Origin: Pyrodictiaceae archaeon
GTDB taxonomy: Archaea; Thermoproteota; Thermoprotei_A; Sulfolobales; Pyrodictiaceae
Assembly (NCBI GenBank): GCA_027036135.1
Contig: JALVSY010000007.1
Span: forward strand, 1,092,880-1,156,879
Direction: 5' to 3'
Length of the DNA stretch: 64,000 bases
Below, piece after piece: positions 40,684-50,772 of this stretch. Position 1 is the stretch's first letter; the number at the start of each line of letters is the position of its first letter. The position numbers were made by a program, and so were the translations under genes. Below the pieces are notes generated by a model. That model had not been told where the DNA came from. It ran no database searches and worked only from the letters and a program-made list of their open reading frames with translations.

Positions 40684-41358
40684 TTACTTGTTCTGGTTCT
40701 CGGCGGTGGGTGTTGGGAATGCGCTTGGTAGCTCGGGGAACTCTGACTTCATGCGCTGCTCTGCTACTATTCTCGCTTCCTCCATTATCTTTCTCGCTTC
40801 CTCGCTGTATACTCCGGTCGGCATGCTCATGAAGCTTGTGAACTCGCCTGCCTCTGTTACTACGCTCTCTAGTAGTTCTCCTATCTCTGCCATTTCTAGG
40901 CCTATCTCGGGTACTAGGCCGGTTAGGTAGCGGCGTAGGTCCTTGATCACAGCTACTACTGGTGCTAGCCCAGTTACTACGTCGCCCATCGTCATTACTG
41001 TCTCGAGGCGTAGTGCTACCTTCTCTATCGCGTACTTGGCCATCATTATGCTCTTTATCATCTTCCTTAGCTCTGCTACCTCGCCAGCGTACATCGCTGC
41101 CCGTGTCTGGTCCTTCTCTATCTGCGCCTGCACTACCTTCTCAAAGAGTATCTGGTCGCGCTCCTTCATCTTGTGTATTACGTACTCTAGCTTGTTGTTC
41201 TCTACGCGTAGCTTGTAGAGCGCTAGTGCTAGCTTCTGCCTCAGTGGAGGAGGCGGGTTGATGAAGTTACGTATCTTGTCTACTACACCGGGGCCCTTGG
41301 GCTGGGGATTCCATATCTTGGCAAAATCGTCTGTACGTGCCATGGCTCTCAGCGCCAA
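40684..41358 (-). CDS. cdvB: ESCRT-III/Snf7 protein, CdvB1/B2-like paralog (probable start ATG at 41343)
   Basis: ERDQILFEKVV, RAAMYAGEVAELRK, IEKVALRLETV..GD, EARKIMEEA..AEQRMK..FPELP; no C-terminal wH domain. Confidence 0.88.
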   Translation of the reverse strand: MALRAMARTDDFAKIWNPQPKGPGVVDKIRNFINPPPPLRQKLALALYKLRVENNKLEYVIHKMKERDQILFEKVVQAQIEKDQTRAAMYAGEVAELRKMIKSIMMAKYAIEKVALRLETVMTMGDVVTGLAPVVAVIKDLRRYLTGLVPEIGLEMAEIGELLESVVTEAGEFTSFMSMPTGVYSEEARKIMEEARIVAEQRMKSEFPELPSAFPTPTAENQNK

Positions 41359-41564
41359 TCGTATAATAGCGAAGGGCCTGGTAGGTAACCCAGAGGCCCT
41401 AATGCCACCGAGCCCCAGGGCTTAAAACCCGGGCCAAGGCCCCTCTTTGGTCAAGTCGAGTCCTCTGGGAGAATTATCTCGTATTGTGTGGTAATGGCTA
41501 GGCTTTGTCTATGCTTGTGTAGAAAGGGTGTTACCCTTATCTGTGGGACTGTGTATGTGTGGTC

Positions 41565-42416
41565 TTAGAGGGCTTGCCCCTGCTCTATGATTTCCTGGAG
41601 TCGCTTCTTCAACGCTTCCGTGAATACTGGGTTGCTTATCACGAGGGCTATTACGCCGTGCGGGGCGCTGGGTAAGCCTATTATTACTGTGTCACAGGCA
41701 GCCATTAGATCCATTATCGCCGCATCCGAGGCGACTAGTCTTACCCCGTGCTTCTTGACCTCCTCAACATAGCTGCTAGGGATTGATGCGTTGCGCGGCA
41801 CCACGATAATAGTGCCTTGTGGCAGCTTCTCAACGAGCAGTCCCAGTACCGGCCATAGCTGGCTAAGCCTATCAAGAACCTTGTAGGCCATAAAGACTGG
41901 AGGCTCCTTGCACCTAGCCAGAGTCTCGGCTGCATGGGCAACAGATTCCTCAACACCATACACTATCTTGACGTACTCCTCGCTAGCCTGCTTAGCGAGC
42001 CGGCTTAGCTCCTCGCCCAGCTTCTCTAGCTCAGCTGCCTCAGAGACGGCCTTGGCCACCCTCTCCTCCGCCTTCGCCTTCAATGCCCTGCGTGGATCGA
42101 TGATATAGTAGTGGCCTCCCTCCTCGCCGACAAGTCCTAGTGCGGCAAGGCTGCGAAGAACATCATAGACTCTCTGGGCAGGTATACGCGCAGCCTTAGC
42201 AACCTCGGGTGGACGGGCCCTGCCGAGAGCTAGGAGCGCGAGATAAGCTCGTGCCTCGTATCCTGATAGGCCTAGGAGCCTACGAATACGTGTCTCGAGC
42301 TCGTTCTCGCCCTCTGTTTGCACGGCGGAATCATTCCTCGCAATAGTCTCCCTAAGCCCCAGGTGCCTCGGGGCCGCTTCCTCCTCGGTGATGTGCGGGA
42401 AGGGTTTCTCATCCAC
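41565..42416 (-). CDS. TrmB family transcriptional regulator
   Basis: GLSGYEARAYLAL...IPAQRVYDVLRSL. Confidence 0.85.
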   Translation of the reverse strand: MDEKPFPHITEEEAAPRHLGLRETIARNDSAVQTEGENELETRIRRLLGLSGYEARAYLALLALGRARPPEVAKAARIPAQRVYDVLRSLAALGLVGEEGGHYYIIDPRRALKAKAEERVAKAVSEAAELEKLGEELSRLAKQASEEYVKIVYGVEESVAHAAETLARCKEPPVFMAYKVLDRLSQLWPVLGLLVEKLPQGTIIVVPRNASIPSSYVEEVKKHGVRLVASDAAIMDLMAACDTVIIGLPSAPHGVIALVISNPVFTEALKKRLQEIIEQGQAL

Positions 42417-42565
42417 AACCTGTACATGGATAGAATTTATTGTTTACTCCCCTAGGTGGCTGCCTATTTAAAGAGAAACTATGAAGCTCAGCGAGGAAAG
42501 TCTTGGAGTAGTGAAAAAGCGCGGGGCTAAGAGGGTCCGACGGCTTGTCTGTCTAGGTCTCTTTC

Positions 42566-45500
42566 CTAGTGCTCTATTCTCTTCTTGAGCCCCCATGGCC
42601 ACCAAGCGCTGCGGCCTAGTATTGATACTACTATTGGTGTTAGTAGGTAGGATGCCATGAGTGCTGCCGTGAACACTGTGGTTGCTAGTGCGAAGCCTAG
42701 TTCTCTCATACCCGTGTTGCTCGCTGTCATTAGCATCGCGTAGGCCGTTGTTACTACCAGGGAGAGCCCGATTATGAATAGGCTTACGGCCCCGGAGGCC
42801 CGGATTACTGACTCCTTGGGTTTGCAGTTTGTCTTGTGGCACTCCTCTAGTGCTCTTGCTAGGAAGAAGCTGTTGTAGTCCATGCCTACGCCCATAACTG
42901 CTGCTAGTGTCACTATGTGCATGAACCATAGCATCTCTTTGCCGAACACGTATTTGAATAATAGTATGCTAGCCATTATGCCGGTCATGGCTGCGCCTAT
43001 TATTACTATTAGTGCCGCCACGCTTACCCAGAACCCGCCAAAGATTAGGGTAAACGCCAGTATCATCAATATGGCTGCGCCTGGTAGTACCCTGTGATAG
43101 AACTCACTAGTCAATATGTCATCCATCTCCAAGGTGGCATAGGGCGAGCCATCAACGTATACCCTCAGACCGTGGCTCTCAGCATAGGCGTGGGCTACGC
43201 GGTGGATCTCCCTAACTATCTTTTCTCCCTCCTTGCTATAGGGGTCTACACCTAGAATCACTTGTATCAACACTGTTCTGCCATCAGGGCTTGTGAATGC
43301 CTTGCCACCCATCTTGGCGGCGACTGTGGCGTTCGCTACTGGGCGGCCCATGGGCCTCATGGGGGCCATTACTGTCGCTACTTCCTTGATCTTGGCTATC
43401 GTGTCTACGAGCCCAGTTACTAGTTTCCATTCCTCGGGGCTACTCCATATACTCTTCTTTGTCTCCACTACAACGAATATTGGGTCGGTTATCCCTGCTT
43501 CGAACTTGGTGCTCATCACATGGAATGCTTTAAGCGCTGGGGCCTTCTCGGGCAGCATCAGCTTCATGTCGTGCGTGCCGTGGAAGGTTGCGTAGAAGTA
43601 CCCGGAGACAATTATCAGCGCTATCATTGCCCCAAGCACTATTTTCTCGTGACGCAGTAACGACTCCATTACCTTGCTGCGCCGCTCCACTACCTTTTCT
43701 CTCCGTGGTTTCCTCGGCCACCAGAACCATCGCTTGTCGCCGACAAGCGCTAGTAGTGCTGGTACGAGCGTGAGCGAGGCAGTTGCCGTAGCCGCTACTG
43801 CTATCGGTATTGCTTCGCCGAAGCCTCTTAAGAACGATATATCCCATGCTAGGAGGAGGCTACCGAAGCCAATGACTACTGTCGTGGCGCTCGCTACTAT
43901 TGCTAGCCCTGCTCTCTTGAGGCTTCTACGGGCAGCCTCTCTAGCGTTGCCTACTAGCGCGTATTCTTCCTTGAACCTATAGATTAGGTAGCCAGCATAG
44001 TCTGCTCCGAGACCGAGAGCAGTGGTTATCATGACGCTCTGTGTATTAGAGGAGAAGTCTATTATCCCGTGGCTAGCGGCTATGTAGACTATTGCTCCAC
44101 CAACGGCTAGGCCTAGTATGATACCGATGTAGGGCAAGAATACTGCGAAGAAGCTCTCGAGTAGCGCTAGTAACACTATGAATGTGCCTAGCTCGCTTAG
44201 CTTGGAGGTCTTCTCAGCATCCTTTATAGCGTACTGCCTTACTTGCTGGAGCACTATGTCCTCGCCAGTGATGTATATCTTGGCGCTTATACCGTGCCTT
44301 GATAGTAGCTTGGCCGTGACGTTGCCGACTGCCTCGATGTTCCGGGCTCTCTGCTCCTGGGTCTCGCCAAGCGGCACAACTATTATGCTGAAGGCCCTTA
44401 GATCCTTCGAGACCATTAGGCCCTTAGCCTCGCTTATGATCCTTGGGGCAACCGAGCCGAGTAGCACCTCGTTAGCCAGCTTCTCGGCGGCCTGCTCTAG
44501 GCTAGTCTGGTGCCTTGCTACCTGGATTGCTAGGCTGAGTAGCTCCTTCTCTATCCGTGGCGGCATGGTGGTGCCGTGTGGCTTCATCTTCTTGGCCTGC
44601 TCTGCTAAGAGCTGCTCAACTATCTTCCATTTCTCCTCGGCTGGTATGCCTGGCCCCTTCTCAACAACTATCTCTGCTAGCCTCTTCACCAGCGGTCTCA
44701 TCTCCTTGGGGGCTTTCTCGGTGCTCATGTTCACGAACATTCTCGCCACTAGCTCTCTAAGCGCAGAGGAGTTGTGGAGAACCATGGCTAGTTGCTCCGG
44801 CGTGAAGGGTATCTTGTGCCCCTGCTTCTCGGCGAGCCAGTATAGTGCCTCTATGGCTCTTGTCTCGTTGCTTGCCAGTACCCCCTTGGCCTCGGGGTCG
44901 AAGCGGGAGAGTAGGAGCACTATGGTCTTGGCTGTTTCCTCGCCCTTCTCCTCCCTTATCTTCTCGGAGAGTTTGTTGAGCGCGAGCTTCCTCAGATCGG
45001 AGTCCTTTGCATCGCCCTCGGCGAGCATTAGGGCTAGCTTCTCTACTAGCGCCTTGTCTAGTTTCTGGCCCTTCTGCGTAGCAGCCTTGTAGACTATGTC
45101 AGCGGCTAGCTCTGCAGCAAGGGTCTTGTTGGCCGCGATTCTACCCTCTGCATCGGGATCGGCGGTAGCGACTGCTCCTAGTATTGGCTTGGCTTTCTCC
45201 CCTGCCTTCTCAGCTACTAGTCCAAGCGCTATCTCTGCTAGCTCCTTCCTAGTCGGCTCAGGATGCTCTGAGAGGAGCCCTACCAGCCGTTCTACGAGGC
45301 TCTTCGGCGCCCCCATCTTCTCAAGAAACTCCCCAGCTGCCTTGACTGCAGTCGCCCAGCTTCTAGCCAGTGTATAGTTCGCCCAGGGGTCGTGCTTCAC
45401 GAGGAGACTAGCCAGCGCCATTGACATATTGGTTGGCAGGCCCTGCTTCTCGGCAGCCATCTGGGCTACTAGCCTTGCCACCTTCGCTGCGTCGAGTCTG

Positions 45501-46822
45501 CCCTCAACTGCTTCCTGGGCTAGTTCCCCGGCTAGCTGCTTTGGTATGTTCTTCGAGGCAAGCATATTGGCTAGCAGCGTTGCTGCCTCCTCCTTTGCGT
45601 GGCTCACGACTATCTGGGCGGCTTGCTCGCTTATGTTGCGCGCAATGCCTAGCACCATTAGCTGGGACCTTGCTGTGTTGTTCCCTAGTGCGTAGAGGCA
45701 TGTGAGGCAACTAATGTTGTGAGAGGCCTTGTAGGCGATGAGGCTCTGGTTCCAGGCCTGCCCCGCTACCACTAGGACGGGCTTTACCTCCGCGGAGGTT
45801 CTCTCGGAGAAAATCTTGGATGCGACTATTAGTGCTGCCTCGTCCGGGTTCTTGCCACTACTCACTAATTGCTTTACGAGCCGCCATGCTTCTAGTGCCT
45901 CGTTCCTTGGTAGTGGTGCTAGCTTGGGCGATACCTTGGATAAGTTGGTTATCTCGGTGTATGCTGTGTAGTTCCCGTCTAGCTTGTCTAGGTAGTAGTA
46001 GGCCCTTGTTACCTGCCACCAGGTGTAACCAAGCCCTTGCTCGATACTTGATACTAGTGACTCATTGCTATAGAGTGCTACAAGCCTCTTAGCGGCGCTA
46101 CTGATGTTTTGGTATAGCCCGCTATAGGCCCTATCCATTGCCTGGAGAGCTCTAGCTATCCTTGTGAGGTTACTTGCTAGCTCCCCCACCTTGTTAGTGA
46201 CCTCCACGTAGGCCTCGTCAAGGGCTATTACAGCGCCCATTGTCTTGTTCAGCGCGTCTCTCAGCGAGACTAGGCCTTTATAGGCCTCTACGTAGCCCTT
46301 ATCAGCCTCCATTACGCCGCGCAGGCTCTGGTTAAGCTGCTTCACCTGCTTCGAGGCATTAGCTAGTGCCTCTGCATACGCCTTATCCAACTGCTCTAGC
46401 GTGGTGTAAAGCTTTGCTGCGCCACTAGCTGTCTGGTTGAGCGCCCTGAGCACCTGGTAGTAGATCGTCTTATTGGTCTCTGCTAGTATAAGGGGCAATG
46501 CGTTAATCTTCGAGGCGTAGCGCCCCACCACGCTCTTGTTCAGCTCCACTCCTATCTTGGCGAGCTTTAGGAGCGTCGCGTTATCCTCAAGGTCGACGCC
46601 GTCCACTATTATTAGCCCAGTATGCGTCTCCTTGCCCGCACTAACTCTCTTCATGAGACTCATCGCTTTCATCGACTCACTGTTGCTTGGAAGAGTATAC
46701 ATCTGCTCCTTTATGACCTTGTGCAGGTTAACGAAGAGGGGGAAGGCTAGTGCGGCAACAATTATCCATACAACAACTACTACCCATGGTCTCCGTGTTA
46801 TCGCCTCAGCAAACCCCACCAC
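42566..46822 (-). CDS. MMPL/RND-family transporter with a very large extracellular insert
   Basis: RRPWVVVVVW TM1, GLGADYAGYLIYRFKEE, SLTLVPALL, GVGMDYNSFFLAR, LGRSAWWP. Confidence 0.88.
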   Translation of the reverse strand: MVGFAEAITRRPWVVVVVWIIVAALAFPLFVNLHKVIKEQMYTLPSNSESMKAMSLMKRVSAGKETHTGLIIVDGVDLEDNATLLKLAKIGVELNKSVVGRYASKINALPLILAETNKTIYYQVLRALNQTASGAAKLYTTLEQLDKAYAEALANASKQVKQLNQSLRGVMEADKGYVEAYKGLVSLRDALNKTMGAVIALDEAYVEVTNKVGELASNLTRIARALQAMDRAYSGLYQNISSAAKRLVALYSNESLVSSIEQGLGYTWWQVTRAYYYLDKLDGNYTAYTEITNLSKVSPKLAPLPRNEALEAWRLVKQLVSSGKNPDEAALIVASKIFSERTSAEVKPVLVVAGQAWNQSLIAYKASHNISCLTCLYALGNNTARSQLMVLGIARNISEQAAQIVVSHAKEEAATLLANMLASKNIPKQLAGELAQEAVEGRLDAAKVARLVAQMAAEKQGLPTNMSMALASLLVKHDPWANYTLARSWATAVKAAGEFLEKMGAPKSLVERLVGLLSEHPEPTRKELAEIALGLVAEKAGEKAKPILGAVATADPDAEGRIAANKTLAAELAADIVYKAATQKGQKLDKALVEKLALMLAEGDAKDSDLRKLALNKLSEKIREEKGEETAKTIVLLLSRFDPEAKGVLASNETRAIEALYWLAEKQGHKIPFTPEQLAMVLHNSSALRELVARMFVNMSTEKAPKEMRPLVKRLAEIVVEKGPGIPAEEKWKIVEQLLAEQAKKMKPHGTTMPPRIEKELLSLAIQVARHQTSLEQAAEKLANEVLLGSVAPRIISEAKGLMVSKDLRAFSIIVVPLGETQEQRARNIEAVGNVTAKLLSRHGISAKIYITGEDIVLQQVRQYAIKDAEKTSKLSELGTFIVLLALLESFFAVFLPYIGIILGLAVGGAIVYIAASHGIIDFSSNTQSVMITTALGLGADYAGYLIYRFKEEYALVGNAREAARRSLKRAGLAIVASATTVVIGFGSLLLAWDISFLRGFGEAIPIAVAATATASLTLVPALLALVGDKRWFWWPRKPRREKVVERRSKVMESLLRHEKIVLGAMIALIIVSGYFYATFHGTHDMKLMLPEKAPALKAFHVMSTKFEAGITDPIFVVVETKKSIWSSPEEWKLVTGLVDTIAKIKEVATVMAPMRPMGRPVANATVAAKMGGKAFTSPDGRTVLIQVILGVDPYSKEGEKIVREIHRVAHAYAESHGLRVYVDGSPYATLEMDDILTSEFYHRVLPGAAILMILAFTLIFGGFWVSVAALIVIIGAAMTGIMASILLFKYVFGKEMLWFMHIVTLAAVMGVGMDYNSFFLARALEECHKTNCKPKESVIRASGAVSLFIIGLSLVVTTAYAMLMTASNTGMRELGFALATTVFTAALMASYLLTPIVVSILGRSAWWPWGLKKRIEH

Positions 46823-46915
46823 TCTACACCCGACTGGTCAGACTCCGACCCCTCGCTAGCAGATAAAACCCTTTCCCACAAGAACGTAGAAGGGGGGCAC
46901 GGAGCATCCGGGCCA

Positions 46916-47407
46916 ATGGGGGGACTAGCAACGAGCCAGGAAGTAGAATACCTAGAGAGAGCCGTAGAGATGAGGACAAGGTACATGGTACTACTACTCC
47001 TGGCAGAGGGGCCGAAGACAGGCTACGAGATAATCAAGAGGATAAGGGATCTATTATCAGAGATAGGGGGAGGTGCTAGTCCCGGCACGGTATACCCGGT
47101 TCTGCGGCGACTAGAGGAGGAGGGTCTCATAGAGGCAAGCGAGGAGCCCCACGGTGCTCGGCAGAGAAAGGTTTACAGAATAACGCCTCTCGGGATAGAG
47201 TACTTGATGAAGAGTGCTGAGAGGGCACTAAACGCCCTAGATATTGCTCTCAAGCTTCACCTAATCGCGATAAAGGGGATAAAGGAGCCCAGCGAGCTCT
47301 CCCCTATCCTCCGAGAACAATTGATACGCATTATAGAGAAACTCGAATCCATCAAGGCCAAGACAGAGGAGCTGATAAAGATATCAAAGAAGTTTCTTGC
47401 TACCTAG
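46916..47407 (+). CDS. PadR family transcriptional regulator
   Basis: GPKTGYEII, SPGTVYPVLRRLEEEGLI, RKVYRITPLG; divergent from MMPL. Confidence 0.9.
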   Translation: MGGLATSQEVEYLERAVEMRTRYMVLLLLAEGPKTGYEIIKRIRDLLSEIGGGASPGTVYPVLRRLEEEGLIEASEEPHGARQRKVYRITPLGIEYLMKSAERALNALDIALKLHLIAIKGIKEPSELSPILREQLIRIIEKLESIKAKTEELIKISKKFLAT

Positions 47408-47534
47408 TCCAGGTACCTTCCTTAGTATTTTCGTGACTGTATTACATGCCCCGCTGTGCCAGGCTTGATACTTTTAGAAACTTTTAGAAAAGGAAGGGCG
47501 GCATTGTTTGTAGCTTTTTGTAATGGAGGGATAG

Positions 47535-48767
47535 GTGTTTAAGAGGCCTGGGCAGACAAGTCTTCACCCGGTTGCAGTGGTTATGTCGATTATCAGTGAG
47601 CCTAGGCCAGCGCCCTACATGCCGAGGCCCAGTAGCGATTACTTCGAGTTACCAGTGATAAAGGGAGCCCTTGAGGTAGCGGATGAACTCGGGTATAGGG
47701 AGGCCCTGGAGCACAGCTTGGAAGGGAGAGCTAGTACGGGAGACATTGTTGAGCTTTATCGTGCTCCTCTCTGGCTCATCGGTCTCATCGCCCGCGGAGT
47801 CGCCGATGCTATAACTGGTAGGCGTGTAGGCTATGTTGTCAACAAGATACTGAACTATACGAATGTCTGCGTCATTGGGTGCAAGTTCTGCGCCTTCTAC
47901 CGCCCGCCCCGGCACCCTGAGGCTTATCGCCTCAGCGTCGAGGAGGCAGTAGCCTCTGTCGTTGCCGACTGGGAGCGCTATCGCATAAGGCAGGTCCTCT
48001 TCCAGGGCGGCGTTGACCCGAGTATCCCGCTTGAGTACTTCGAGGAGGTCTTCCGGGGCATAAAGGAGCGCACGAGGGGCGAGGTAGCTATCCATGGGCT
48101 GAGCGCCGTTGAGATGGATTGGTACTCGCGTGCGTGGCGCATGAGTGTACGAGAGCTCGTCTCTAGGCTCATGGAGGCAGGACTCGATAGTGTACCGGGC
48201 GGCGGAGCCGAGATTCTTAGCCAGCGTGTCCGCGGCATCATTTCCCCGAGGAAGACTAGTGTTGATTCGTGGATAGCTGTGATGGATACTGTTATGTCTC
48301 TCGGGGTACCTGTCAGCGCTACGATGATGTATGGCCATGTTGAGACGTTGGCTGAGAGAGCTGAGCACCTTCTAAGAATACTAGAGCTTCAGAGGAGACG
48401 GGGACTAGTAATGGCCTTTATAGCGTGGAACTTCGAGCCAGGGAACACCGAGCTAGGCAAGCAGATACCCTTCCCCGCGGGAGGCACCGAGCTGTTAAGG
48501 AACGTAGCTGTCGCGCGGATAGTCTTCCGCCACGAGATCCCATGGATCCAAGCTGGGTGGCTGACAGCCGGGACCAGGCTTGGCCAAGTCTCCCTAGACT
48601 ATGGCGCGAATGACTGGGGCGGCACACTCTATGGGGAAAGAGTTCTACCAGCCGCGGGTGTTCCTCTGCCACGGCTTGTAAGAGAGAACATCGAGAGAGT
48701 CATTAGAGGCGCTGGCTATGAGCCCTATGAGCGTGATAACTGGTACCATCCAGTCAAGACGCCTTGA
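47535..48767 (+). CDS. mqnC: cyclic dehypoxanthinyl futalosine synthase (radical SAM)
   Basis: NYTNVCxxxCxFCAF, QGG, PGGGAEIL, ATMMYGHVE, AFIAWNFEPGNT, GANDWG. Confidence 0.85.
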   Translation: MFKRPGQTSLHPVAVVMSIISEPRPAPYMPRPSSDYFELPVIKGALEVADELGYREALEHSLEGRASTGDIVELYRAPLWLIGLIARGVADAITGRRVGYVVNKILNYTNVCVIGCKFCAFYRPPRHPEAYRLSVEEAVASVVADWERYRIRQVLFQGGVDPSIPLEYFEEVFRGIKERTRGEVAIHGLSAVEMDWYSRAWRMSVRELVSRLMEAGLDSVPGGGAEILSQRVRGIISPRKTSVDSWIAVMDTVMSLGVPVSATMMYGHVETLAERAEHLLRILELQRRRGLVMAFIAWNFEPGNTELGKQIPFPAGGTELLRNVAVARIVFRHEIPWIQAGWLTAGTRLGQVSLDYGANDWGGTLYGERVLPAAGVPLPRLVRENIERVIRGAGYEPYERDNWYHPVKTP

Positions 48768-49978
48768 TCAACAATGCTCCTGGGGTGCGGCTAGCAATGG
48801 TTCCTAGCCCTCCTAGGTGGCTCGTAAAGCTCGTAGAGGAGACGGGGTGCACAGCCCTAGAGAAGAGCATACACGGCGACCCCCTAGAGCCCCCCGAGAT
48901 AGAGAAGCTGATAACAAAGGTGCCATTCCACGTGCTCGCAGCAGCCGCGGACTACTATGCCCGCAAGACCCGGGGCAACCGGGGAAGTTTCACAATAAAC
49001 CTCTACGTGACATATACTAATGTATGCGTGACAGCGTGTAGTTTCTGCGCCTTCTACCGCCCACCCGGGCACCCAGAGGCCTATACAAGGAGCCCTGAGG
49101 AAGTAGCCCGCATTGTTAGAGAGGCGGCTGAGAAGCATAGGGTTCTCGAGATACACATGGTTGGCGGGAACAACCCCGAGCTCCCCCTAGACTACTATAC
49201 CAGGCTCATAAAACTGGTCAAGGAGGCTGCCCCCGGGGCTAGGCTCAAGGCATTCACAGCCGAAGAGATATGGTTCATAGCGAGGAACACCGGGCATAGC
49301 GTAACCGAGGTTCTTGAGACGTTTCGTGAGCTCGGGCTAGATGCGCTATCGGGTGGCGGCACGGAGATACTAGACGAGGAGGTTGAGAGGATTATTGCTC
49401 CCAGGAAGATTAGTCCCGGGGAGTATCTAAGGGTTCACGAGGAGGCTCACCGACTCGGGATAAGGAGCAACGTCATAATGATGTATGGGCATGTTGAGGA
49501 CCCTATACACGTTGCTAGGCACATATACCGTGTGAGGAGGCTAGAGGAGAGAGCCCCTGGCTTCATATCACTTATACCAGTGAGGTTCAACCCAGGCAAC
49601 ACGGCGCTCGGCAAGACGAGGCTCTATCGCGAAAAGGCCCGGCTCGACGGGGAGTACGACCTACGCATAGTTGCTGCCGCACGCCTAGCCCTCCTAGGCA
49701 GGATAGACAACATAGTAGCGTACTGGGTAAGCATGGGGGATAAGCTCGCCCAAGCAGCCCTGAGCCACGGCGCAAACGATCTCGGCGGCACGTTTTACAA
49801 CGAGGCAGTCATATCTGCTACCCATGGCCGTTCAACCGGGGGCAAGGAGCCGAGAGAGCTAGCATACATGCTGCTACAGGCTGGCTGGCAGCCCTGGGTA
49901 AGGGACACCTTCTACAACTATCTCTGGAGACCAGAATCATTCACCGCTCCATGGTTGTTGGAGGAGACAGCGCCTTGA
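48764..49978 (+). CDS. mqnE: aminofutalosine synthase (radical SAM)
   Basis: CxxxCxxC, IHMVGG..P, KAFTAEEI, AYWV, GANDLGGT. Confidence 0.82.
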   Translation: MINNAPGVRLAMVPSPPRWLVKLVEETGCTALEKSIHGDPLEPPEIEKLITKVPFHVLAAAADYYARKTRGNRGSFTINLYVTYTNVCVTACSFCAFYRPPGHPEAYTRSPEEVARIVREAAEKHRVLEIHMVGGNNPELPLDYYTRLIKLVKEAAPGARLKAFTAEEIWFIARNTGHSVTEVLETFRELGLDALSGGGTEILDEEVERIIAPRKISPGEYLRVHEEAHRLGIRSNVIMMYGHVEDPIHVARHIYRVRRLEERAPGFISLIPVRFNPGNTALGKTRLYREKARLDGEYDLRIVAAARLALLGRIDNIVAYWVSMGDKLAQAALSHGANDLGGTFYNEAVISATHGRSTGGKEPRELAYMLLQAGWQPWVRDTFYNYLWRPESFTAPWLLEETAP

Positions 49979-50772
49979 CGCTCTACATTACGCCTAGCTA
50001 TAGCTACGCCGCGCCACTCGAGAGGTGGCTAAGGCTACGAGGCCTAGAGACCCTCCCAGCACCACCCAGGGAAGCCCTAGGCCTTATCCAGGCAAACCGG
50101 GCCAGTGCAGGCATGGTGCCGCTTGGCTCACTCATAGGCATGGAGGATGTGAGGCCTTGCCCAGGCCCAATGGTGTATAGCGAGTACAGTACGCTGAGCG
50201 TAGCCATAGTCTCTAATACGGCTACAAGGCTGAGGGATTGCCCGAGGATAGCTGTCACGTCGGAGACGAGGACCAGTATACTATACCTACTAGCCGTACT
50301 AGACGAGCTCGGCACCGAGACCAGGGTTGTCCCAGCGAGCACTCATAGATACCAGGAGCTACTAGGCATGGCTCTCTGCGCCCTCGTCATAGGGGACGAG
50401 GCTCTACGAGCAATAGCTAGTGGTGCGAAAATAGTAGCTGACATGGGGGAGCTAGTCCGCGACGTCCTCGGAGCAAGGCCCGTGTACGCGGCAACAGCTG
50501 CGAAGAAGTGCCCCCCGGGGATAGCCGAGCCACCGTGGCCCAAGCCATCTTGGGAAGACGCTCTGCGAACTCATAAGAGGACGGGCCTAGACCCAGCTCT
50601 CTCCTGGCTCTACCACTACGAGCTACTCAAACTAGGATACGACCCAGCTGCACTGAGCGATGCTTTTTCACTTCTCCGCGATGCGGTTAGCGAGAAGCCC
50701 TGCCTCGTCCCAGGCAGTGCTATACGTAAGGCTTCTCGTGTCCCGGTTAGAGCAGGAGTGGGGAGAGGATAA
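49951..50772 (+). CDS. mqnA: chorismate dehydratase
   Basis: Y..APL, TSETRTS, LVIGDEAL, DMGE motifs; operon context. Confidence 0.75.
   Translation: MVVGGDSALTLYITPSYSYAAPLERWLRLRGLETLPAPPREALGLIQANRASAGMVPLGSLIGMEDVRPCPGPMVYSEYSTLSVAIVSNTATRLRDCPRIAVTSETRTSILYLLAVLDELGTETRVVPASTHRYQELLGMALCALVIGDEALRAIASGAKIVADMGELVRDVLGARPVYAATAAKKCPPGIAEPPWPKPSWEDALRTHKRTGLDPALSWLYHYELLKLGYDPAALSDAFSLLRDAVSEKPCLVPGSAIRKASRVPVRAGVGRG

Noticed and set aside
41372-41400. Imperfect hairpin upstream of cdvB
   Set aside because: Short GC-rich inverted repeat with no further support
44178-45092. 304-aa plus-strand ORF and many similar Ser/Leu-rich ORFs (e.g. 206-568, 47649-48368, 61554-62042)
   Set aside because: Antisense shadows of well-supported genes with no motifs of their own
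47535-49978. CofH/F420 biosynthesis assignment for the two radical SAM genes
   Set aside because: Motifs and adjacency to mqnA and mqnD indicate MqnC and MqnE
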